A stretch of DNA of 64,000 nucleotides from Somniosus microcephalus (Eukaryota). The stretch spans positions 140,554,001-140,618,000 of the forward strand of contig CM126214.1 in assembly GCA_052327205.1 (NCBI GenBank), written 5' to 3'. The notes under the pieces are model-generated. The model worked only from the letters and a program-made list of their open reading frames with translations. It was not told the DNA's origin and ran no database searches. This document shows positions 48,126 to 58,210 of this stretch, piece by piece. The position numbers were made by a program, and so were the translations under genes. The stretch's first letter is position 1. Every line of letters starts with the position of its first letter.

Positions 48126-49018
48126 AGAACAAGCAATAGGCTTTCTGAAGATGTGCTTCAGATGCCTTGACAGATCTGGAGGAACCCTTCAGGGTCTCCA
48201 GAAATCAAATAGGGAATTGAGAAGGAACTTCTTTACCCAGAGAGTGGTGAGAATGCAGAACTTGCTACCACAGGGAGTGGTTGAAGCAAATAGTATAGAT
48301 GCATTTAAGGGGAGGCTAGATAAGTGTTGTGTATGTACCTTTAAGGGAATAACTGGTCTCAGACTGCAGTACCAGCAGTGACCACCCCTGTATAAAAGGC
48401 ACTAGCAATCTTCTGTAGTTTCAGTTTCCCGATTGTCTCCATTCAGTAAAGACTTGTTATAATCAACTCCTGCTGTCCGTGTCTCAATTATACACGGACA
48501 TAATATTGGCGACGAGCAGATACGAACTTACCTACAGTCTGCACCACCTCATGGGATCCATTCCTGAAGCGAAGTGAGCAGAGGTCGAGGCCAGAAGGAA
48601 GAAAGAAGCAGTAGAAACGGGCGTCGACCGTGGGCATCCGCCCCTGAGTCAGCGGAGTTGAAGATTACAGGAGAAGCTGTCGAGAGCGGGGCCTGGTTCC
48701 TGTCGATGGTGCTTCAGCTAATCGGGCTGGTGGCAGGTAGTACACTGATCCTTCCTGGGCTGCGGGGGTTGAGAACTCGAGCGGGTGGCTTGCAACGGGG
48801 CCGAGCAGCGTTGTCGGGAAGAGGAGAGAGAGAGAGGGTGGAGCACACAGGGCGCGGCCGGTGCTACGAAGCCGAGAAGAGGGAGGCAAGAGTCCCACAG
48901 GGTTGTTCCACGACGGGAAAATAATAAAATAACAAAAAGAAAAAAGAAATATTAAACGCGCAGAAAACCGCGAGGAGCTGCAGGTTGCAACGGAAATCGT
49001 GGAAAGCAGCGCTAGCAA

Positions 49019-49182
49019 CAGCGGGGAAGAAGGCAAAGCACGGGAGGCGCCATCTTAATCCAGCGGGGAAGAAGGCAAAGCGCGGGAGGCGCCATCTTAA
49101 TCAGCGGGGAAGAAGGCAAAGCGCGGGAGGCTCCATTTTGTTAAATCGGGGAAGAAGGCAAAGCGCGGGAGGCGCCATTTTA
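49019..49182 (+). repeat. Four ~41-bp repeats in the G2 leader
   Basis: GCGGGGAAGAAGGCAAAGCGCGGGAGGCGCCATCTT occurs 4 times; G1 has one unit. Confidence 0.9.
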
Positions 49183-49192
49183 GATTTTCAAG

Positions 49193-52100
49193 ATGCCGAA
49201 GACTGGCTGTATCACTGCCTTTGATAATGCAATAGAGGACTGGACCACGTATGTGGAAAGAGTCGAGGTATATTGCGAGGCAAATGAAATAGCTGATGAG
49301 AAAAAGGCATCGGTATTGCTAAACTTAATGGGCGCTAGAATGTACGGCCTATTGCGGGACCTGATTACTCCAGCCAAACCGAAGGCGAAGAGTTTTAACG
49401 AAATTGTTGCTATCCTAAACCCTGCACCGCTGCTGATAGCAGAAAGATTTAAATTCCACAGGAGAACTCAGCACAAAGATGAGAGCAATGCTGAGTACCT
49501 TACGGAACTACGCAAGCTATCAAAGCACTGCCAGTTTGGAGCAGGACTGGCAGATACCCTACGGGACAAATTTGTCTGTGGACTCCTGAGTGAAGGAACA
49601 CAGAAGAAGTTACTCTCAGAGAAAGAGCTGACGCTAGATAAGGCTTTCAGCGTGGCAGTATCGTACGAAGCAGCAGCCAGGGGAGCTGCGGAAATACAAC
49701 AAAAGCCACAGGAATACGGCACCCACGAAATGACACGGGGATTTGCAAAATGTTATCGCTGCGGCAGAACTAACCATGACCAGAAGGACTGCTGGTCCAA
49801 GGACAAAATATGCAGACAATGCAGAAAGATGGGACACATTGCACGAGTTTGCAGGTCTGGGAAGAAGACCAACGACAACAAAAAGGCTACTAAGGAACCG
49901 TACAAGAAAGTACAAAAGATGGCGGACAGTAGTTCCGAAGACCAGATGAGCGATAGTGAATACGGGAACAAGAGACTAAGCTGTCTCAAACTTCACAATG
50001 TAATCGCAAAAGAGGATCACCGAACCATTTGGGTCACCCTCACGATAGCAGGGTCCCAAGTTAAAATGGAATTGGATACAGGATCAGCGCTAACCGTCAT
50101 GAATCGACGAGACTACGAGCGGCTATTCTCACACATACCCTTGAGAGAGACATCCATCGTCTTGACGACGTATACGGGGCAAAAAGTATACCCCAGAGGA
50201 AACATAAGGGTGCCTGTCGAATACAACGGCAAGAAAATACGGAAATTGTATCTCTACATACTGCAAGATGGTGGACCACCGTTATTGGAACATGAATGGA
50301 TCAGAAAGATAAGCTTAGATTGGCACTCCATTCATGCAATAACGGTGGATGGTAAAAAAGATGAAGACGTCACTCCTGGACGATTGTCAACAATCTTAGC
50401 TAACGCCAAAGAGGTATTTCAACAGGAAATGGGCACTCTTAAAGGCGTAACCGCCTCGATAAAAATAGAGGAGAATGCAATTCCCAAGTTTTTCAAAGCA
50501 AGACCGGTACCATATGCAATTCGCCCAGCCGTCGAGGCAGAGCTGGAGAATCTGGAGAACGCAGGCGTGTTGTCTAAGGTAGACTGGAGCGAGTGGGCGA
50601 CACCTATCGTTCCTGTCATGAAGAAAACGTTAAGCAATAAGTCTGAGGAGCCAAGGAAGGTTCGCATCTGTGGGGACTTCAAGGTGACTGTGAACCCAGT
50701 CCTTCACACAGTACAATATCCTCTTCCAAGGATAGAAGACATCTTCGCCTCACTATCTGGAGGGAAGCGTTTTACAAAAATTGACCTAGCACAAGCGTAT
50801 TTGCAGATGGAGGTTGAAGAATCCTCTAGGAAGTATCTCACGATAAACACTCACAAAGGTCTTTACCAGTATCATTGACTGGTATTCGGAGTAGCATCAG
50901 CTCCGGCGATATGGCAAAGAGCGATGGAACAAGTCCTGCAAGGGATTCCGGGGACTCAGTGTTACTTGGACGACATCCTATTGACAGGTGAAGATGACAG
51001 TGAACACCTTAACAACCTAGAACAGGTGCTCACTAGACTACGGGAACATGGGCTACGAGCCAACCGCCCTAAGTGCGAGTTTTTTAAGAAACAGATATCG
51101 TATTGTGGCCACGTGATTGATGAAGAGGGGTTACATAAGTCCCCTGACAAAATTGAAGCGGTTGTTAAGGCCCCAGCGCCTGAAAATGTGTCACAACTGA
51201 GGTCATTCCTCGGATTGGTGAATTACTACCATAAGTTTTTACCGAATTTGTCCACAATTCTGCACCCACTGAACGCCCTACTACGAACGGGAGTAGCATG
51301 GAAATGGAGCAATGACTGTAAGCGGGCCTTTCAGAAGAGTAAGGACTTAATCACTTCAAGAGAAGTATTGGCTCACTACAACCCATCACTACCGATAAGA
51401 CTGGCGTGTGATGCGTCTCCCTACGGCATTGGGGCGGTACTGTCACATAAATTCCTTGATGGTTTAGAGAGGCCGATAGCTTTTGCATCACGCTCGTTAA
51501 CTTCAGCCGAGCGTAACTACGCCCAGATTGACAGAGAGGCCCTCAGCCTAGTGTGGGGGGTGAAGAAGTTCAATCACTACCTGCACGGTCAAAAATTTAC
51601 TCCAGTAACTGATCATCAACCTCTTGTCTCCATTTTCAACCCTCAGAAGGGCGTACCGATAATGACAGCACAATGGCTGCAGAGTTGGTCCCTTTTCCTA
51701 GGGGCACACCAATATGACATCGAGTACAAAGGAACTAAACAGCATGGGAATGCTGATGGATTGTCGCGCCTATCGTTGCCGACGGTGGTGAAGAACTTGC
51801 AGTGGATCCAATGGAGATATTCCACTCGACCATAGTCGAATGTCTCCCTGTGACGAATGCAAACATAGAAAAGGAAACACGAAATGACCCGACACTATCC
51901 CGGGTCTATGATTCAACGGTGAAGGGATGGCCAGCACATGGCGAACCACTGCTGCCAGCATTCTCGCCGAGAAGAGAACAGCTGTCAGTGTGCAGAGGAA
52001 CCTTGATGTGTGGATCCAGAGTAGTAATTCCACCCAACTTGAAGGATAGAGTGCTCAATGAGCTTCATGAGGGTCATCTGGGAGGGGTAAAAATGAAGAA

Positions 52101-53136
52101 CTTAGCCAGAGCGTTTGTGTGGTGGCCGGGAATCGATAGAGAAATCGAAGAGATGACCAAGAGCTGTACAGGATGCCAGAAGGTCCAAAACGCCCCACCA
52201 CAAGCCCCTCTACATCCATGGGAGTGGCCCTCATCTCCATGGCAAAGGGTGCACATTGATTTTGCTGGTCCATTTATGGACTCGATGTTTTTAATTGCGG
52301 TGGATGCACATTCAAAGTGGCCAGAGGTAATAAAAATGTCCTCAACCACCACAGAAAAAACTATCACAGTCTTACGAACCATATTCGCCAGGAATGGGCT
52401 GCCTGAACAGATTTGCTCTGACAATGGACCACAGTTTGTGTCTGAAGAGTTCCGGAGGTTCTTAAAGAACAATGGTGTTAAGCATTACACATCCGCCCCA
52501 TATCATCCAGCCACTAATGGATTGGCCGAGAGGTTTGTTCAAACATTCAAGAAGGCTATCAAGGCAATGTGTAATGAAGATATACCCCTACAACACAAGG
52601 TGGACAACTTCTTGTTTGCCTACCGGAATGCGACACATGCGGTTACCAACCAAACTCCAGCCATGATGTTCTTCAATCGAAGACTACGATGCCACTTGGA
52701 TTTGGTTAAGCCAAACGTCCGAAGAGATGTGGAGAACAGGCAGTTTCAGAATGTGAATTAAAGGCCGACCAGGAGTTTTAAGATAGGTCAACCAGTTTTG
52801 GCCCGGGACTACCGCACAGAGAAAGGGCAGCCAGGAACGATTTGTACACGGCAAGGACCTCTCATGTATACCGTGGACGTTGGAGAGAGCATTGTAAGAC
52901 GCCATGCTGACCAGATTCTAGAGTCACTGGAAAACGTCAACTCCACACCACGATCTGATACACCTGGCGATGAAACCGACGTACCAATTGCAGCTACCAC
53001 AGAATCGGTGATATTGGAAGCAGCTGAACCAAACAACGACATTGATCCAGACTCAACCTTGCCAGAAGAACCTGATACCCCAAAGAGGCATTATCCAGAA
53101 AGAATCAGGAAGCCTCCTCAAAGACTGAACTTATAA
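49193..53136 (+). pseudogene. G2 single-ORF gag-pol with a few stops and frameshifts
   Basis: ORFs 49193-50878, 50924-51835, 51802-52761 and 52798-53136 carry CCHC x2, LDTGS, YLDD, CDAS and the HHCC/DDE integrase. Confidence 0.93.
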
Positions 53137-54095
53137 TTGCTTAACCTCAACCAATGTATCTAGCAACCGTAATTGTAATTGTAATTAGTTATCATTTAGT
53201 TGTTAAATGAATGTTATGTACTGTTTATCTAAAAGGGGGGGAATTGTTGTGTATGTACCTTTAAGGGAATAACTGATCTCAGACTGCAGTACCGGCAGTG
53301 ACCACCCCTGTATAAAAGGCGCTAGCAATCTTCTGTAGTTTCAGTTTCCCGTTTGTCTCCATTCAGTAAAGACTTGTTATAATCAACTCCTGCTGTCCGT
53401 GTCTCAATTAAACACGGACATAATAATAAGCATATGAGGGAGATGGGAATAGAGGATTATGCTGATTGAGTTAGATGAGGAAAGACCGGAGGAGGCTCGA
53501 GTGGAGCATAAATGCCGGCATGGACTGGTTGGGCTGAATGGCCTGTTTCTGTGCTGTATATCCTATGTAATCTGATGAATCATCGTTGTCTGCTGCGCGC
53601 TTCACAACATAGTGCAGCAGCGAGGAATGGAGCTGTAGGAGGAGCATGGCGCACAGTCTCTTCAGAGGAGAAGGATGGGGAGGTGGAAGACGAGGAGGAG
53701 GAGGAGGAACCTGAGATGCAGACGGCACCAGCAGCGGCGCACATTGCTGCCCGGGAGGCCCGGGTTGGCCTCACCATGGCCAGATTTACTTAACTTGTTC
53801 CAATTCAGCCACATGCCTGCCACATGCTGTACTAGGTCCCCCCCCACCCCCAACACCAACAACACCGTAAGGCATCCCTACAATGGCCATTCCATTCATC
53901 TCACCCAAAGCACCAATGCTCAAAGTTAAATAATGTCTCACCATTCACTCCAAGCGACAAAACCACTTCCAAGGTTGGAGGCAAAATTGGACAAGACCTG
54001 AAGGTGATGCAAAGAAAAACATTTGTGTGTTATCAAAACAACTGAAACTTAGCACTAACATTTTTTGATACACCCATGTGCATACCCTTGTGCAT

Positions 54096-55891
54096 CTACT
54101 TGTGTGTCATTTTTCTTTTGCGAGTGCTTTTACGAGATGCAACCCTTGTGGCTTCAGCAGAGGTAGTGGCAGGCTGCTCACTTCCCTGCTGTGACTGGGT
54201 AGACACTTATGGTGAACGTCCTCTGAGTTTTGGAGCCTGTGATGGCCCCGCCTGTGCAGGGGCAGACTCGGCCATCGGGATCCAAGGAAGCATGTGGGGC
54301 TCTGACTGAGGGGATGGCAATGGGGGAGAAGTGGGAGCGCTTTGAGAAGAGCCCCCATGTCCATGCCCCCTCTCACCATCATCCCTCTCATGGGCCACCC
54401 GCACTCCTCTGTTAGCAAGGAGCTCGCAAGCACCTTGCTGCACAGCAATGGGGCAATGAAGGCCCAAGTCAACGTTTAGATCCCTCCTTGAGAGGAGGTC
54501 TGTGAGCGCCTGCCATCTGTTGTCCACAACTAGGATGTGCTCATGTGAGTGGCGCATTTGCTGCTCCATGCAGGTGGCCATCCTTTCCATGGAAGAGCAC
54601 ATCATTGTCATCGCCTATGACATGGCGGTGCTCATGTTGGAGATGGACTCCTCCATTCTCTGAACATTTGCAGACATTGCAGCTGCACAACCTGCCAGAG
54701 CCTCCTGTAATTGTTGCTGCCACTCCAGGATCACCCTCTTTCTTGACGGCTCCCGAGGCTCAGCGTCTGCAGGCAGCTCAGCAGAGCATGGCGCATCCTG
54801 CACCCTCCGGCGAGGAGTCTCTACTGCTGTCCCTGTCAACACCATCTGCTCTTGCTCACTTGTGAAGTGTGAGACACCAGGTGAAAACTCTACTCTGTGG
54901 TGCAAAGGACCCACCGAAGTGTGCGTATCTGCGATGGTGCTGGGTGCGCTTCGGTCTCCTGATGCTGCAGCCTCAGAGGCTGGAGACTCCTCTGAGGAGT
55001 CAACTTCCTCCTCCGGGTGGAGAGTCAGGGGGGAGCAGTTGATGGACCTGTGGGAGAGTAAAGAGATGAATTAGAAGTGTTATCATAAGAATGAGTAATG
55101 TTACCATTATGCACATGATGACATTTCACTGGCTGCTGACATCAGTCACCATATGGGTGACTGGTGTATGGCATGTAGCTTTATGAGATGTGATTCTGTC
55201 ACCAGGTTGCTGGGATGTGCCCCTCTCTCCATCTCCCACCACTAGCGTCTCTCGAGCTCCCGAAATTTCCAGATCCGCCTCCTCTGCTGCTGTAAGATGT
55301 GCAATGACTGGAGGGCCACCTCCGGTTCTCTCCCTCTCTCTCTTGTTGTGGGCTCTCTTCTCCTGTAAGGAGGGGAAGAAGAGAAGTTTGAGTGAGAGTG
55401 ATGGAATGAGCGTAAGGAATGGATGGGCTATGTCTATAGAGGGTGACTATGAGGGAGAATGGTGCCAATGCCAAATGGACTCCTTCTGTGGTGTTACTTG
55501 CTATGATTGCATTAGGAAGAAGATGAGTGTGAGGGGTGGTTAGTCAGATGGAGATGTGAGTATGTGAGGAATGATGTGCAGGAGTAGGCAGAGTGATGGG
55601 GATGTGTTGATAAGCACTTCAGGATGAGGGTGAGTGTGGCATTGCACTCACCTTTCCTGACCTCATGAGATCATTGAAGCGCTTCCTGTACTGTATCCAG
55701 GTTCTCCTCACCACATTCCTGCTGCTGACCTCCTCAGCTATATCCAGCCAGGTTCTTTTTGTTTCTTGTGGAGGTCTCCTTCGCCTGTCAGCAGGGAAGA
55801 GGACCTCCCTGCGTGCTCTCACAGCCTCCACAAGAGTATGCAACAAAGAATCAGAGAAGCGTGGTGCAGCCCTCTGTCTTTGGCTATCCAT
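54096..55891 (-). pseudogene. H3 Myb/SANT partner, 3 exons, decayed
   Basis: Exon 1 55891-55652 (RAAPRFSD..W..IAEEV..RTWIQYRKRFNDL, GTGAGT donor), exon 2 55362-55203 (EKRAHNKRERERTGGGPP), exon 3 from 55047 with frameshifts and an AQAGPS motif. Confidence 0.85.
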
Positions 55892-57238
55892 GTTTCAAAA
55901 GTTTTAGCTGTACTGTGGCCTTTTGTTGACACCTTCCACCCTCCTCTGGCAACCTTCAAGTGAGTTGAGTGCAAGGCTGCTTTAAATATGGGTGCCAGAA
56001 ACGCGTCATCGATGATGCCATCCGACCCGTTCCATTTAATAGGGCCTGGAAACGGGCATGAGTCTTTTAATTGGGGCCATTAAGTGAAAGTCGCTCTGAG
56101 CAGCGTGTAGCTCAGAACATCGTGTTCCCGACCCACTGCGCCGTCTGCATGTACCCAATCCGATGCAAAGGTGAAAATTCCGGCTGTAATCTTTATAGCC
56201 ACTATGCATTCTTTTTTTCTTTCCAATCCATTTTACACCTTACAAGATTCCTAATTTGTCTGAGAGGATCCCAGAACACTTACGCAGACGAAACTCCTGA
56301 CTCCACTGCCCCCCTTGCCCTGTCGGGAGCAGAACAATCTGGAAATTTGCCTGCAACACCAGGCGTTAGCACAGATGGTCCTGGTCCTTTAAAAATACAT
56401 GTCAGATGTGCAATGTGCATTATGTGATGCAGTCTTTATTTGTCCCATCCTATGACATCGGAAATTGCCCTAGGCAATTAAAGTAGAAAATTTCAGCACT
56501 GTATATTTACGCTGCAGTGATGAGTTGGAGTGGGAGGAGAGTTAAGGGGCTACATTTTTATTGAAAATTCTTTATAATTCTTTTTGTTTTCCAGATGTGA
56601 TAACATAACTTATGTCACAACACATCACTGCATCATAAAAATGATCCCATCACTTTGGTGTAATGATATTGAGGGACTATTTTCTCTGAGTAACAAAATC
56701 GTAATGCCATTTATGAACAACAGGTTTGATTTCATTGCACACAGAGGCAATCCCCCCATAACAAATATGACACATGGCTACCCAGCTTGTCCCCCTGCCC
56801 CCCTTTTCCAATCATGAAGACAGTGTGCCTTTAATAGATAAATAGGACAAAAGCAAGCACAGGCGACAATATCACAATTCAGGTAGTGCTGCTTTTGATC
56901 TGCATAATGGCATTTATTAGTTAATTATCTATAATAACCAGTTTACTGCTGCTTAAGTATACCCTATTAAAATAAAATGCTGCAATGAAACTTATTACAA
57001 AGTCATGGGGACCAGGGTTTTATTAGGGTTATTTTTAGTGATGTTTGAATTTCTCTATTGATTAGTGGAGCTTCTGGAAGGACCCAGGAAAATGTTTCTT
57101 TCTACATAAGTTTGTAATTTTTTATGTTTTCTAATGTTTGTTATTAATTCTACATCAGCCTTCAAGTGACACCAGAGATAATAGTTGCCTCCAGTTAATT
57201 TTTCATTGAGCTATGTGATCTTTGGACTTGTAGGCAAT

Positions 57239-57853
57239 GGGGTCGATTTGCGTTTCCGGTGTTCGGCGGGCAGGCAGTGGTTGGAGCGATTGCTCCGCCG
57301 ATCTTGTAGGCCCGAGCCATTTTCATGTTCGGGCCTCGTTAGAATAATATCGGTCAGCTGCCAGCGCTGAACGGCCACTGACGGGTAGCTCACCAATCGG
57401 GAAGTCGACAGGAGATCTGCCGCTTTGTCCATGAAATCGAGCCAGAAGTGGGTCTTAAAAATGGAAGAGGAAATCCCAGGGGAGAGGGCATGGAGGGACT
57501 ATCAGCAGGTGGGAAGATTTTTGTGGGACCTGGAGGAGCATTCAAACATCACTGGCAGAGCGGACTTTAAATTTTCAGTGGTCCGTTTAAAAATGACTGG
57601 TTCAGGCGCTCAGTGGGAGACCAAAATTGCATCAGGTCCTAAATGCAGCGTAGGACTCCGATTTAACTATTTTAATGAGGATCCCACCTGTTTCGGTGGT
57701 GGGTGGGGGAGTGGTGGTGGGTGGTAGCGCTGGCCATTTATTTTGTTGCCTGCTCAAAAATCGCATTGTCCGGGCCTCAGGCGAGAAGATAGCAGTAGGT
57801 TTTTTGTTTTAAATTGTCTCACTACCACCCCGTTCATGTTGAAAATTGCCCCC
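57239..57853. mobile_element. Old Harbinger-type MITE
   Basis: Ends GGGGTCGATTT / AAATTGCCCCC, flanks AAT/ATT, CpG-richer interior. Confidence 0.55.
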
Positions 57854-58009
57854 ATTCTAATTACATCTCCTTACTAACAAGTTCCTTCAAGTAGAACGTA
57901 AATACTTAAAGTTATCTTAGTTCTCTGAGAAATTAGTAGATGAAGGGCTCCTCTATATGGCCCACAAAATATCTGAGTCCGTGTGAGGACATAAATGTGG
58001 CTATGCTGT

Positions 58010-58210
58010 AGTTCTCCCCGGTGTCCTGGCCAATATTTATCCCTTAACCAAAAAAAAATACAGATTATCTGGTCATTATCACATTGCTGTTTGTGGGAGC
58101 TTGCTGTGTGCAAATTGGCTGCTGCATTTCCTGCATTACAACAGTGACTATACTTCAAAAAGTGCTTTGGGACACCCTGAGGTTGTGAAAGGCATTATAT
58201 AAATGCAAAT
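58010..58210 (+). repeat. Deu-SINE 3' part
   Basis: Matches 5820-6040. An older copy lies at ~59385-59690. Confidence 0.8.

Larger units (their letters stand above)
48325..53425 (+). mobile_element. Full-length Gypsy (Mag-type) LTR retrotransposon, copy G2
   Basis: 181-bp LTRs 48325-48505 and 53245-53425 (TG..TA, 5 differences), TSD ATAAG (48320-48324, 53426-53430), PBS TGGCGACGAG 48507-48516, PPT AAAAGGGGGGGAAT. Confidence 0.97.
48203..53572 (+). repeat. CR1 3' fragment inside the H3 transposase, split by Gypsy G2
   Basis: 48203-48324 (RRNFFTQRVVRM..GRLDK) resumes at 53431 (CATATGAGG..TCCTATGTAATC). Confidence 0.88.
43490..53793 (+). pseudogene. H3 HARBI1-like transposase split into three pieces
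   Basis: 43653-44368 (..[23 protein letters not shown]), 48135-48200 (IGFLKMCFRCLDRSGGTLQ), ~53575-53793 (IIVVCCALHN plus acidic tail). The first catalytic D is mutated (IINCTN). Confidence 0.88.
42940..56185 (+). mobile_element. Harbinger transposon H3 (decayed), containing nested RTE, CR1 and Gypsy insertions
   Basis: Ends GGCTGGAATTTTC / GAAAATTCCGGCT with degenerate TSD GGA/GTA. Transposase on +, Myb gene on -. Confidence 0.85.
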
